Origin: a virus
Taxonomy: Duplodnaviria > Caudoviricetes
Length of the DNA: 61,775 nucleotides
Reading direction: 5' to 3' (one strand)
IMG/VR virus record: IMGVR_UViG_3300023112_000002
Location: 1-61,775 of that record
In this document: positions 18,914 to 29,245 of the stretch, piece after piece
Layout: each line of letters begins with the position of its first letter
How positions within the stretch are numbered: the stretch's first letter is position 1
Made by a program: the position numbers and the translations under genes
The notes under the pieces: generated by a model
Told to the model about the DNA's origin: nothing
Database searches by the model: none
What the model saw: the letters and a program-made list of their open reading frames with translations, nothing else

Positions 18914-19735
18914 ATGACTAAATACGTTGACGTTCAAGTTCCTATTTTAGCTGGCTCTACTGCAACAGGGCCGGCAAAAGTGGTATTTACAAATAGTAGT
19001 ACAACTACAGCTGCCGCAGACGGTAAGCTTACCGATACGGGTGGTACCCCAAACTTCACTGCGAATGTAGTGGTGGGTGACTATGTATTTGTTACTACAG
19101 GGATTAGCGGTTTTCCGGTTAGATCCTTTTCTATTGTTACCGCAGTAGACAGTGACTCTGTTTTATCTATTTCAGGTAGAGGTAATACTGGAGTGACAGG
19201 TTTGTCAGCTTCAGGAACTGCCTATACTATTGTAGCTGCAGCTAATGTATACGATTGTGACCTTAGTGGTGGTGGCTTTATCCAGCTTAATCGTCCTTCA
19301 GGCGTTCAGGTAGATGATGTATGGTGTAACACTACTACTAACTTAAACTACAGAGTTACCGAAGTAGTGAGTAGCACTAAAATAAAGTTAGACACTCCAG
19401 GAGCTTGTATAGTAGGAGATGATTTTTTCCTTTTAACAGACAGAGCTGAAGGCGGTAACTACAAAGTAAGAGTAGATAACGCTACACTAATTAGAGGTAA
19501 CGCTTCTAATGGTCAAACTACTGTTCACTACAAAAGAGGATCAACAAGTCAAAAGCTGGCGATGGATTTAGGAGACGCTCCTTCTTCTGCAAAAGATGTA
19601 TTCTCTACGCAGTTTAAGAAGTCTGCAGAAATGGTTATGCAAGATAGCTGGAAGTACGCTTCTATTACGATGCCTTACGTTCCGTCTGACGGAACACAGG
19701 GTATACAGTGGATAGCTACTTTTACTTACTCTTAA
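18914..19735 (+). CDS. Putative virion accessory protein, paralog 2 with inserted beta modules
   Basis: MTKYVDVQVP start; C-terminal ~90 aa resemble the neighbours. Confidence 0.7.
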   Translation: MTKYVDVQVPILAGSTATGPAKVVFTNSSTTTAAADGKLTDTGGTPNFTANVVVGDYVFVTTGISGFPVRSFSIVTAVDSDSVLSISGRGNTGVTGLSASGTAYTIVAAANVYDCDLSGGGFIQLNRPSGVQVDDVWCNTTTNLNYRVTEVVSSTKIKLDTPGACIVGDDFFLLTDRAEGGNYKVRVDNATLIRGNASNGQTTVHYKRGSTSQKLAMDLGDAPSSAKDVFSTQFKKSAEMVMQDSWKYASITMPYVPSDGTQGIQWIATFTYS

Positions 19736-19745
19736 TTCCTGAATC

Positions 19746-20051
19746 ATGGTAAAATTTTTACAAGTAGATACAGCGGCTAACGGGAATATGATAGCTCCTC
19801 TTAAGGACCTTATTTTCATAGATGCTTTTAGCACCACTCAGGTTCGATTTGTTTATAGCAATGCATATCAAGACTTAAATCAAATTAAGCTTGATCACGC
19901 TGCTGATGCAAATGCTGATGAAGAGGTTGGGAGCATGGTTGACGCTTTAAGAAAGATTGTTATAGACGTTGCTAAAGGAAGATGGAGCACTCCTGTAGTG
20001 AATATAACGAGCCTTCTTCCTAAACCCATTACGAATATAATTATAGATTAA
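19746..20051 (+). CDS. Putative virion accessory protein, paralog 3
   Basis: MVKFLQV...W...LPKPITNIIID. Confidence 0.7.
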   Translation: MVKFLQVDTAANGNMIAPLKDLIFIDAFSTTQVRFVYSNAYQDLNQIKLDHAADANADEEVGSMVDALRKIVIDVAKGRWSTPVVNITSLLPKPITNIIID

Positions 20052-20056
20052 AGATC

Positions 20057-20353
20057 ATGTATAAATTTCTATACCTCCCCATTGGCGATGCAGCAGCGAA
20101 TCTTGCTCCAGTGCTAATTGACGTCACTAATATTAAGGTGGTGGATAAGCAGAGTCTTACTGTGACTCATTTAAAGTACTCTACTTTTCAGTCCCATGAT
20201 TTTGTAACTCTTACTACAGTAGAGGATGATTCAGGTCACGTTCTTCAAAACTGGTTGGTGGAGGAGATAAGAAAACTTCTCTCTACCGGATATACCGGCA
20301 CGGGGCCTTTATTAACACCTCCTCTGGCTATAGCTTCTATTGCTATAAGCTAA
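20057..20353 (+). CDS. Putative virion accessory protein, paralog 4
   Basis: MYKFLYLP...PPLAIASIAIS (compare paralog 1, PPTAVSAIAVV). Confidence 0.7.
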   Translation: MYKFLYLPIGDAAANLAPVLIDVTNIKVVDKQSLTVTHLKYSTFQSHDFVTLTTVEDDSGHVLQNWLVEEIRKLLSTGYTGTGPLLTPPLAIASIAIS

Positions 20354-20374
20354 AGGTTAACACACACTATTAGA

Positions 20375-20407
20375 AAGGGGCTCCAAAAAATGGGGCCCTT
20401 TTTTTTT
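20375..20407 (+). terminator. Rho-independent terminator
   Basis: gggctcca-aaaaa-tggggccc followed by a long T-tract. Confidence 0.75.
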
Positions 20408-20411
20408 GTGC

Positions 20412-20419
20412 TATCTTTG
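20412..20419 (+). promoter_or_regulatory. -7 promoter box TATCTTTG
   Basis: Upstream of the tail operon. Confidence 0.6.
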
Positions 20420-20437
20420 TAAAAATAATTTTACACT

Positions 20438-21517
20438 ATGCCAGCTTCAATAAATGCGGTGCGAAATACGGTGTTGGCTATAGCTAACAAAAATAACTAC
20501 GGATATATCTCACCCCAAGATTTCAACCTCTACGCTAAACAGGCGCAGATGGATATGTTTGAGGATTACTTTTATCAGTACAACAACTGGATAAATAGAG
20601 AGAACGCACGATCTTCGGGTACAGGTTATGCAGATATAATAAAAAATATAGAAGAGGTTATAGACTCCTTCTCTGTGCAGGCGTTCTTAGCTCAGCTAAA
20701 CCCTGTAGCCGTACCTAATGTACCCTCTGGTTTATCAGGGTCTGCAGTGTATTCATTACCAGACGATTACTATCTTATAAATAAACTTTATAGATATCCT
20801 AAGCGTAGAGTAAGTGGAACCACTTCCAATTCTATTCTGGGCTCCACCCTCCTTATAGACAGCTCTCGAGATTTCTTTACTACAGGTGTACAGCCAGGAG
20901 ATATCGTGATAAACACGAGCGCTACAGGCGCTGCTCCATATCCCGCTACAGGGGCTCCTGGATTGCAGGGGTGGGTGCAGAACATTTCTAATACAGCGTC
21001 GCCCGCTGGATCGAGTATAGTGTGCTCTGCTTCTTTATTTGTAGACCCTGCAGGTGCGGGAGGAGAAGGATATGCTATATATGACGCTAATAATATTGTA
21101 GAGGTAGAGAGGGTAAGCCAAAGGAAGATATTCAATCTTACCAGCAGCAACCTCACTTACCCTACACCACAGTACCCATGCTATGTTTTAGATGGGAATT
21201 TAATATCTGTATACCCTACCATATGGGATGGTCTTAATGATCCTTTTACTATAGGAGATGGGATGGGGCCGTGCGATGTTAAGGCTCAATACATCCGCTA
21301 CCCTCGTAATCCTAATTGGACTTTCGCTTCATTGGTAGGTGGAGAACCTCTATTCGATCAATCTCAGAGTGACTTCCAAGAGTTTGAATTACCGTCTTCT
21401 GACGAGCCTTCTTTAGTGGCGAAGATATGCCAGTATGTGGGTATAGAAATAAGGGAAGCGGAAGTAGTACAGTTTGGTCAAACTGAAGAACAGGTAGATA
21501 CTCAAGAAACAAGCTAA
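20438..21517 (+). CDS. Putative tail ring/adaptor (tail tubular) protein
   Basis: ANKNNYGYISPQDFNLYAKQAQ N-terminus, YIRYP, FELP; position before the nozzle. Confidence 0.65.
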   Translation: MPASINAVRNTVLAIANKNNYGYISPQDFNLYAKQAQMDMFEDYFYQYNNWINRENARSSGTGYADIIKNIEEVIDSFSVQAFLAQLNPVAVPNVPSGLSGSAVYSLPDDYYLINKLYRYPKRRVSGTTSNSILGSTLLIDSSRDFFTTGVQPGDIVINTSATGAAPYPATGAPGLQGWVQNISNTASPAGSSIVCSASLFVDPAGAGGEGYAIYDANNIVEVERVSQRKIFNLTSSNLTYPTPQYPCYVLDGNLISVYPTIWDGLNDPFTIGDGMGPCDVKAQYIRYPRNPNWTFASLVGGEPLFDQSQSDFQEFELPSSDEPSLVAKICQYVGIEIREAEVVQFGQTEEQVDTQETS

Positions 21518-21522
21518 AGATT

Positions 21523-22446
21523 ATGGCGTATATAACAGATTACGAATACTACGAAAACAACCAAGTCTCTCCACAAGATGAGAACTGGGGGTCGTATCAA
21601 TATGTCACATTAGACGATATTGTCAACAACTTTATGTTGATGTATCAGGGGAACAATGAGCTTATAAATAACATCAGTAGGTATCAAGTTCTATTCTTTG
21701 CTAAGAGAGCTATACAAGAATTAAACTATGACGCTATGAAGGAAATAAAAATCCTTCAGCTACAAGTAAACGATCAGTTGCGTTTTGTTTTACCTCCTGA
21801 CTATGTCAATTGGGTAAGGATTTCTTTGTACAAGAACGGCGTCCTTATGCCTCTCACGGAAAATATCCAAACCAACTGGAGTGGAGCTTACCTTCAAGAC
21901 AATGAGTACAGGGTTTTATTCGACGCGTATGGGGACGTTCTTAAACCCAATGACTCTCAGTTAGACTTAGATAGAATTACAGGGCAGAAGAAAAGCATAT
22001 ACTTAAACGCAGGCAGTCCATACAATGGGGCTATGGGTTATCTATATGAGGGTGCTTGGTATTTCGATTATCAGATAGGAGCAAGGTTTGGTTTAAATAC
22101 TGAGACGGCTAATAGTAACCCTACTTTTAATATTAATAAAAGAGCGGGAGTAATAAACTTTAGCTCAGGCATGGCCGCGGAGTCAGTGGTATTAGAATAT
22201 ATCTCTGACGGGATGGAGAAAGGGAAAGACTCTAAGGTAAGTGTGAATAAATTATTTGAAGATTATATCTATGCAGCCATTAAGTATTCTATTTTAAACA
22301 ATAGACTGTCGGCGCAGGAGTACATTATTAATAGAGCGCGGAAAGACAAATCGTCTTTACTTCGTAACGCTAAACTTAGATTAAGTAACATGCACCCTGG
22401 TAGACTCCTTATGAATATGAGGGGACAGGCTAAATGGATAAAGTAA
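21523..22446 (+). CDS. Putative second tail ring/tubular protein
   Basis: FVLPPDYVNWVRI, VVLEYISDG; tail-module position. Confidence 0.65.
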   Translation: MAYITDYEYYENNQVSPQDENWGSYQYVTLDDIVNNFMLMYQGNNELINNISRYQVLFFAKRAIQELNYDAMKEIKILQLQVNDQLRFVLPPDYVNWVRISLYKNGVLMPLTENIQTNWSGAYLQDNEYRVLFDAYGDVLKPNDSQLDLDRITGQKKSIYLNAGSPYNGAMGYLYEGAWYFDYQIGARFGLNTETANSNPTFNINKRAGVINFSSGMAAESVVLEYISDGMEKGKDSKVSVNKLFEDYIYAAIKYSILNNRLSAQEYIINRARKDKSSLLRNAKLRLSNMHPGRLLMNMRGQAKWIK

Positions 22447-22447
22447 T

Positions 22448-25400
22448 ATGCTGATACAAACTAATTTTATTGCTGGTAAAATGAACAAAAGCGTCGACGA
22501 ACGCTTAGTTCCTGTAGGCGAATATGTAGATGCATTAAATGTACGCTTGGGTTCTACTGAAACGACAGAGATCGGGGCGGTAGAAAACTCTAAGGGTAAC
22601 ACCAACCTTACCCCTAATATTGAGTACAACGGAAATCCTCTATCGGCTAACGCGCGGTGTATAGGCGCTTTTGAAGATGGTATGGCGGAAACTATATATT
22701 GGTTTGTTTACGATCCAGGTGACCCTGCAACAGGGCAAGTGGAGGTAGATATGATACTATCATATAACACTAACACCAATACATTATTATATCATGTTGT
22801 CAGTACAGAGGTCCTTAACTTTAATCCGACATACCTTATCAACGCGGTAAATAAAATTGAGAATCTCTTATTCTTTACCGATGACCTTAACCCTCCGAGA
22901 TATATTAACGTAACCAGAAACTACCCTGTACCAACAGGTTTGAGTGACGGTATTGAAGAGGAAGATATCAGCGTTATTGTTAAACCCCCTGGTTTTGAGG
23001 ATGTAAATCCTACTACGGGCACCCAACCTCTTAGAGCTCCACACGTAGAGCTTGTGAACATAGGTCAGGGAGACTATATGGAGATGCGGTTCTTACGCTT
23101 TGCGTACCGCTATAGATATTTAGACGGAGGGTACAGCGCTACCTCTTTGTTTACTAACCCAGCCTTTGAGCCTAAAGACTTTGCTTTTAGCCAAGAGACG
23201 TTTAAAAACGTCGGCATGATAAATAGGTTTAATGCTGCTAACGTTTGGTTCTCTACAGGATCTGAAAGGGTAAAAGAGATACAGCTCTTATATAAAGATA
23301 CCGCCAGTAACAATATTTTTATTATTAAGAACTATAATAAAGCTGAGCTGGGTTTACCTAATGACTCTTTTGAGCAGGAACAGTTTAGCAACAGTAAAAT
23401 CCTTACACTATTAGGATCGGATGAGCTTCTTAGGTTGTACGATAATGTCCCACGAAGAGCTAAAGCTCAAACGATTCAGGGCAATAGATTGATGTATGGA
23501 AACTATATCGACCAGTATGATGTGGTCAACAGAGAGGGTGGGGATTCTATACAGATGCAGTACCAGCTATCTCCCAGCACGGAGAGCATAGACGTAACCC
23601 CATTGCCTCCTGCCACAGGATCTAATGGGACCTACAGTATAGACCCAGCAGCTCCAGGGACAGTAGTTGCAGCCGCTACAGCAGGGTTTGATCTCTCTTC
23701 CATTACTACGCCTATTCTACCAGGAACGTATTTCCGTTTCTTCTTGGCGATGCAAAACGTTCAGAGTACGCGAAGCGGAGCCGATGCTCAACCAGCCTCT
23801 GTGGTGGTTCCTGATTTTACTATAACATTAAACTTCATTGCTCCGGTACAATATAGTACGGTGAATGAGATGCTTACCTCGCAAGAGTTCGCGTCGGCTG
23901 TGGGGGCGGATAATAGCTTCCAGCAACTTATCCCTTATACTACTCCTACACCACCAGCTTATCCTCCAACGGAAAACCCTGCAGGAAATGGGGGTACTTT
24001 AACAGACTTGTTTAATGCAGCTTTGCCATACGCATGGCAGAACGCTACTACAAGCAATTATTTATTACTCGTCGACACGGCTGTTACCAGCGCGTGTACT
24101 GTGGCGGGTATGTCTCCCTTCCCCCCTACAGCCCCTGTGTGTACACAACAGAGCTTTACTTTAAACGTAGGAGTGTCTTCCTTTACTCTTACAGCTCCTG
24201 CGGCTACATACTATTTTAACTCTACCCCTGAAACTATTCAGTATGAGTACTTTGCTTTTAATTTAGCGGATACTAATGGTATAGTGCAAACTACCGCAGA
24301 GCGCGGAAGTTTACACAGCTATAGAGACTACGAGGTGGGGGTGGTATATATGGATGAGTATGCCAGATCTTCTACCGTTCTTACCAGTCCAAACAACAAT
24401 GTATTTTTCCCTGCCAGCACATCGGTATTAAAAAACAAAATAAAGGTAAACCTACAAAATGTTGCTCCTTATTGGGCAAAGTACTATAAGTTTGTGGTAA
24501 AGCCAAGCCAAGGAAATTATGAAACTATATGGAGTAGTTTAGTTTTCCAACAAACTGGAGCCGCTACTGATGAAGGTCCTACTCCTTTTAAACCTGATTT
24601 AGAAAGCTTTTGGTTTAGACTCGAGGGGGATAGCCAAAATATAGTGTCTGTAGGGGATGTGCTTACCGTAAAGCGCGATGCCAATGGTCCTATTCTACAG
24701 CATGCTACGGCAGAGGTATTGGATAAAGAGGGTTTGTATTCAGGCCAAATTAATGACACCAACCCTGCAGGTATATATATGAGGTTGAAGTCAAGTGGAT
24801 GGAACGCTATAGGCGACAACACTACGCCGAACATAAACTCTGATGTAACCTCAAATAACTCTGAAATAGGTGATTGCTCTCAGATCGCTCTTATCCCTCC
24901 CGCTTCTTCCCCTGCTATTGTAGGGTCTATCCCTGCGGGTAGTACGGTGCGGGTGGCCTCTACAAATCAAAGGCTTACAAATAATGGGGAATGCGAATCA
25001 AAACAAATTATTTGGGATAGTGGAGACATGCTGGTAGATCAAAACTATGATAATATTTACGCGTGCCTTATGGGTTTAGGTTTTGAGACCTTGGTTCAAC
25101 CAAACTCTACAAACATTATACCTCCTGTTTTAGGAGATCAAGAGATTGAATTTGACCCAGTTCTTTACACCTTTGGGGCAGGTCCAGATACTGTCGGAGG
25201 CACTTGTTTTACTTCTAAAATTTACGTCACTCAATCGGGAACCGACTACTTTATAAAAAGCAAATCCATGATCCCTACATGTACGGAAGCTACGGTTGGG
25301 TTTGATTGGCAAACAGATTCTCAAACCCAGTTAGAAGTAAATATAAACTATTCTTCTGGAACCTTCTGTTTTGAAACAGAACCTGACGCCGTAGACCCGA

Positions 25401-27367
25401 ATTTATTCTACGACGCTTCGCAAATGATGAGAGTGAAAAAAAGTATTACACCAGGGGACGATAATTTTTATCACGAAGCTGCACAAATTTGGAATCCACA
25501 GACACAGTTTTATACATTAGAACCTGGTGGACAAAACCAAACTTTTAACCTGCCTTTAGAAACAACCTTAGATTTTATAAACTGCTACACGTTTGGTAAT
25601 GGGGTAGAGAGTTTTAGAATAGAAGACCGTATAGAGGGGAGATTTTTTAGGTTGGGAGATAGGGTTATGGCGGAGTCTAACCAAACCTTTAGCGAGGCGG
25701 ATAGGTTCGCGGGGATGACATACAGCGGGGTCTTCAGCAATGGGTCAAGCTTTAATAATTTAAACGAGTTTAATTTAGGGCTGGTAAACTATAAAGACTT
25801 AGAAACCAATTTTGGTCCTATACAGGTTTTACATTCTCGTGAGACAGATATACTGGTACTGCAAGAAGATAGAATTTCATATGTCCTATCAAGCAAGAAT
25901 GTTATTACAGATTCTACAGGAGGAGGGGCTATAGCTTCTGTGCCTGAAGTTTTAGGAACGCAGATAGCTCGCATAGAGGAGTATGGAATAAGTTTCAACC
26001 CAGAAAGTTTTGTTCAGTGGGGACACAGTATGTATTTCACTGACGCTAAGAGAAGTGCAGTTCTGTCTTTAACGGGAGCCAGTAGAGGGTCTGATCAGTT
26101 ACAGGTAATTTCTCAAATGGGGATGCGGTCTTATTTTAGGGATCAATTTACCGCTCAAATTACTACTCAAAAGTTGGGAGGGTACGACCCTTATATGAAT
26201 GAGTATGTACTGGGGATGAATAGCCTTCAGATACCTATGCCATTGGTAGAGTTTCCGTGCGGGCAAGAGGCAAGTCAAAACGCTACCGACCAAACGTTAA
26301 ACTATACCGTTAACTTTGGCTCTTTAATTGGTCAAATAGATATCCCATACAGTATAACTCAGGGGTCTATTATTATAAACGTCACTTGGAACGGTGTGAC
26401 TACCAGCACAGGGGTGGTAAGCACTAATGGAACTTTGTCTTTTAATAAAACGTCTTCTAACCCCACAACAGCAACGTTTAGTATAGTGCCTTATAGCGCT
26501 GGTTTACCAGGAAATGTGCCTGCTACTTATAGCTTAACTCCTGGGTGCCCTCCTCAAGATGAGGTGACGTTAATTCAAGTTGTAGTAAACGGTAACAATT
26601 ATATAAACCAGGGCATTCATATTGAGTATGAGTGGACTGACGGGGTTACAACAAGCCCTGTCTCACAGGTGCCTGTAATTATGCAAGGAGGCATTGCTAC
26701 TTCTTTATATCAACAGCAAACGGGGCCTATGTCACAAGGGATATTCCCATACGATGGGTCTAATATTACCCTTAGAACAAACAAAATTTCACCTGACACC
26801 TTTGACTTTAACCCTACTCTGCATAAGTTTAGAATACTGTCAAGCAACACTTTGTATGCCAATACCGTAGCAGATATGACGGCTTTACTGGCTGCGGCAA
26901 GTGAGATAGTTCCTATAACAAACCCTTCAACTGCTATCTTCCAAGCTACAGAGACAGCTTTTGCTATGTCTGGAGCTAACGATTATCTATACCTTGTTTG
27001 GGATTTCAGAAACGCTACAGAAGACCAGTTGTGTTATAGCGCTGCAAGCGCTGATGACGCGTGTTGTAATTGTACGACAGCTTGCAATAGATGTTGGTTC
27101 AGCCCTGGACAACAGACGCAAATACAAGCGTGTGCGGTAGACACGAATAGTTTTGGAAGTAACCAAATAACATTTACAGGAGCGGGACCGATACCTGTTA
27201 TAGGAGATATTGTGTATGCAGCAGGTAACGTTTCTTGTCAACCGTCAGTGGGTCTTGGAACTCCAGGGTTCTATATAGTAGACCCATCTCAACCTTCCGC
27301 GGCCAGCCCTAAGAATTGGATTCAGGTAGGGCCAGGAGGTGTAGTTACAAATTCAGGAACATGTTAA
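22448..27367 (+). CDS. Tail stabilisation/nozzle protein (P22 gp10-like role) with accessory C-terminal domains
   Basis: GKMNKSVDERLVPVGEYVDALNVR start, LFFTDDLNPPRYIN, NRLMYGNY, YGISFNPESF, YFTDAKR, LGGYDPY. Confidence 0.75.
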   Translation: MLIQTNFIAGKMNKSVDERLVPVGEYVDALNVRLGSTETTEIGAVENSKGNTNLTPNIEYNGNPLSANARCIGAFEDGMAETIYWFVYDPGDPATGQVEVDMILSYNTNTNTLLYHVVSTEVLNFNPTYLINAVNKIENLLFFTDDLNPPRYINVTRNYPVPTGLSDGIEEEDISVIVKPPGFEDVNPTTGTQPLRAPHVELVNIGQGDYMEMRFLRFAYRYRYLDGGYSATSLFTNPAFEPKDFAFSQETFKNVGMINRFNAANVWFSTGSERVKEIQLLYKDTASNNIFIIKNYNKAELGLPNDSFEQEQFSNSKILTLLGSDELLRLYDNVPRRAKAQTIQGNRLMYGNYIDQYDVVNREGGDSIQMQYQLSPSTESIDVTPLPPATGSNGTYSIDPAAPGTVVAAATAGFDLSSITTPILPGTYFRFFLAMQNVQSTRSGADAQPASVVVPDFTITLNFIAPVQYSTVNEMLTSQEFASAVGADNSFQQLIPYTTPTPPAYPPTENPAGNGGTLTDLFNAALPYAWQNATTSNYLLLVDTAVTSACTVAGMSPFPPTAPVCTQQSFTLNVGVSSFTLTAPAATYYFNSTPETIQYEYFAFNLADTNGIVQTTAERGSLHSYRDYEVGVVYMDEYARSSTVLTSPNNNVFFPASTSVLKNKIKVNLQNVAPYWAKYYKFVVKPSQGNYETIWSSLVFQQTGAATDEGPTPFKPDLESFWFRLEGDSQNIVSVGDVLTVKRDANGPILQHATAEVLDKEGLYSGQINDTNPAGIYMRLKSSGWNAIGDNTTPNINSDVTSNNSEIGDCSQIALIPPASSPAIVGSIPAGSTVRVASTNQRLTNNGECESKQIIWDSGDMLVDQNYDNIYACLMGLGFETLVQPNSTNIIPPVLGDQEIEFDPVLYTFGAGPDTVGGTCFTSKIYVTQSGTDYFIKSKSMIPTCTEATVGFDWQTDSQTQLEVNINYSSGTFCFETEPDAVDPNLFYDASQMMRVKKSITPGDDNFYHEAAQIWNPQTQFYTLEPGGQNQTFNLPLETTLDFINCYTFGNGVESFRIEDRIEGRFFRLGDRVMAESNQTFSEADRFAGMTYSGVFSNGSSFNNLNEFNLGLVNYKDLETNFGPIQVLHSRETDILVLQEDRISYVLSSKNVITDSTGGGAIASVPEVLGTQIARIEEYGISFNPESFVQWGHSMYFTDAKRSAVLSLTGASRGSDQLQVISQMGMRSYFRDQFTAQITTQKLGGYDPYMNEYVLGMNSLQIPMPLVEFPCGQEASQNATDQTLNYTVNFGSLIGQIDIPYSITQGSIIINVTWNGVTTSTGVVSTNGTLSFNKTSSNPTTATFSIVPYSAGLPGNVPATYSLTPGCPPQDEVTLIQVVVNGNNYINQGIHIEYEWTDGVTTSPVSQVPVIMQGGIATSLYQQQTGPMSQGIFPYDGSNITLRTNKISPDTFDFNPTLHKFRILSSNTLYANTVADMTALLAAASEIVPITNPSTAIFQATETAFAMSGANDYLYLVWDFRNATEDQLCYSAASADDACCNCTTACNRCWFSPGQQTQIQACAVDTNSFGSNQITFTGAGPIPVIGDIVYAAGNVSCQPSVGLGTPGFYIVDPSQPSAASPKNWIQVGPGGVVTNSGTC

Positions 27368-27378
27368 AAAATTAAATT

Positions 27379-28365
27379 ATGCCAATTCCTTCAACTTTTT
27401 ATTACGACAGTACAGTATTTTGTGACGCAACAGATATATGGACGGACCTCGCGTTAATCACGCCATCTGCGGACGGGTGGTATCAGGTAGGCGGCGTGTA
27501 TCGCCAGAAGCTTAGCGGTGTCTTAGGACCCTGTCAAGCCTGTCCTGAGTGCGGCACAGGTTTTATTGATTGCGATGGAACTGTTTATGGAGCTGGAACT
27601 ACAGGTAAATACGTAGTAAACTTTAATGTAGGAACAGGAGTGGGAGCAGTAGTTATTGCTTTTAACCCTGTATCTCAACCCGATAAATGTACGTGGACCT
27701 ATGATGGTTTATCTGCTTCAGAATATTCTTCTCGCCCTTATGGATATAGGCAGGGTGTAATAGGAGATGAAACTACTGGCGGAACGATAGGGCTTACAAA
27801 TTTATTAGGAAGTAATGGGGCTACATATACTGGTAACTTATATTACTATAACTCCTCAATTTCGTCTTTTGTAATTTCTCCTCCTTCGGGCTCTGAAACT
27901 TTAGGCCCTTATCTACCACAAGCCACTTACCCCGCGGTAGGGGGGGTGGATCTTACCGCAGGAGGATACAGCGCTCCTTCGTCATTGGCATATATGGTTG
28001 TGCCTAAAACAAATCCTTTAGTAGAATTTGTTCAAATAGAAGTTGAAGCTCCAGGCCCCACTACAGTATGGAGCCTTACCGCTTATTGCCCTAAATCTCT
28101 TAACCCATTCCCATACAATCCTGTTTCAGGAGGGAGTTGCACTTCTTTAAGTAAAGTTATGTACACATGTTCGGTATCAGGAAATGGAACAAACAGTATG
28201 TTGGGATTAAATGACTGGGCGTTTGAAAATTACACGGGAGAAACACCCGTATCTGCGGGGGTATACCCTGTTGAAGATGGAGACGGTGTAACAAAATGTG
28301 TTACCGTTGACGCTAATGGAACTATCACCAATATTACCACTGGGCCATGTACAACAAATTGTTAA
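27379..28365 (+). CDS. Putative tail-associated structural protein, Cys-containing
   Basis: G/T/S-rich with paired cysteines; within the tail operon. Confidence 0.65.
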   Translation: MPIPSTFYYDSTVFCDATDIWTDLALITPSADGWYQVGGVYRQKLSGVLGPCQACPECGTGFIDCDGTVYGAGTTGKYVVNFNVGTGVGAVVIAFNPVSQPDKCTWTYDGLSASEYSSRPYGYRQGVIGDETTGGTIGLTNLLGSNGATYTGNLYYYNSSISSFVISPPSGSETLGPYLPQATYPAVGGVDLTAGGYSAPSSLAYMVVPKTNPLVEFVQIEVEAPGPTTVWSLTAYCPKSLNPFPYNPVSGGSCTSLSKVMYTCSVSGNGTNSMLGLNDWAFENYTGETPVSAGVYPVEDGDGVTKCVTVDANGTITNITTGPCTTNC

Positions 28366-28376
28366 TATAAAACACT

Positions 28377-29225
28377 ATGGCAGATAAAGCAGCTACACTA
28401 TCGTACTCGGAAGACTCCAAAGGATGGCCGTCTTTCTACTCTTACCTACCTGATTATATGATCGGGATGAATGGATATTTCTATAGCTTTGGCCCTACTA
28501 CCAATGATGACGGGAGCGTCAGTGGAGGGAATCTATATCGACATAATGTAAACGAAACCAGGAACGAGTACTACGGAGTTCAATATGACTCTACCATTAC
28601 GGGAGTGTTAAACATTGAGCCTAAGACTATTAAGCTCTTTAAGACTATGTCATACGAAAGCGATGATAGGTGGGCTTGCACAAGTTTGATTACGGACTTA
28701 GGGTCTGGATCTATGTTGGCGACATATTTTGAGCAAAAAGAAGGAGAGTGGTTTACCTTCCTAAGAGAAACAGAAGGAACAAGAGACTATCGCGATAGAA
28801 GTGTGAATGGTATAGGTAGTGCAGGCCAAGTATTTGGAGCACCTACTGTAACGATTATTACATTTACAGTTAACGTAGGATCTATTGTTAGTGTAGGAGA
28901 CTATATATACTCTACCCCTTTGACAGGCACACCGCCTGTAGCTACTGGAGCCCCTGTATATGTAGGTCAGGTAACTGAGATTAATGCTATAAGCGGTACT
29001 TTCAATGCAAATACATTAGCTATAGACCCTGCTGTGCCTGAGCCAGGTACGGGAACGACAGGAGTTTCTCCTGCTCAGGGAGACTTTATTTTTTACTTTA
29101 AAGACGTAGTAGCAGAGTCCCATGGAGCTCGAGGATACTTTATGCAGTTCAAATTAGAAAATACAAACACGGCAGCTGTAGAATTATTTGCAGTAGGAAG
29201 CAGTGTCATGAAGAGTTATCCATAA
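28377..29225 (+). CDS. Tail protein resembling the C-terminal part of nozzle/stabilisation proteins
   Basis: TLSYSEDSKGWPSFYSYLP, KLFKTMSYES, KEGEWF, GARGYFMQFKL, VELFAV. Confidence 0.6.
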   Translation: MADKAATLSYSEDSKGWPSFYSYLPDYMIGMNGYFYSFGPTTNDDGSVSGGNLYRHNVNETRNEYYGVQYDSTITGVLNIEPKTIKLFKTMSYESDDRWACTSLITDLGSGSMLATYFEQKEGEWFTFLRETEGTRDYRDRSVNGIGSAGQVFGAPTVTIITFTVNVGSIVSVGDYIYSTPLTGTPPVATGAPVYVGQVTEINAISGTFNANTLAIDPAVPEPGTGTTGVSPAQGDFIFYFKDVVAESHGARGYFMQFKLENTNTAAVELFAVGSSVMKSYP

Positions 29226-29232
29226 TTTGTGC

Positions 29233-29240
29233 TATCTTTG
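29233..29240 (+). promoter_or_regulatory. -7 promoter box TATCTTTG (likely leaderless or short-leader transcript)
   Basis: 5 nt upstream of ATG 29246. Confidence 0.55.
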
Positions 29241-29245
29241 CATAA

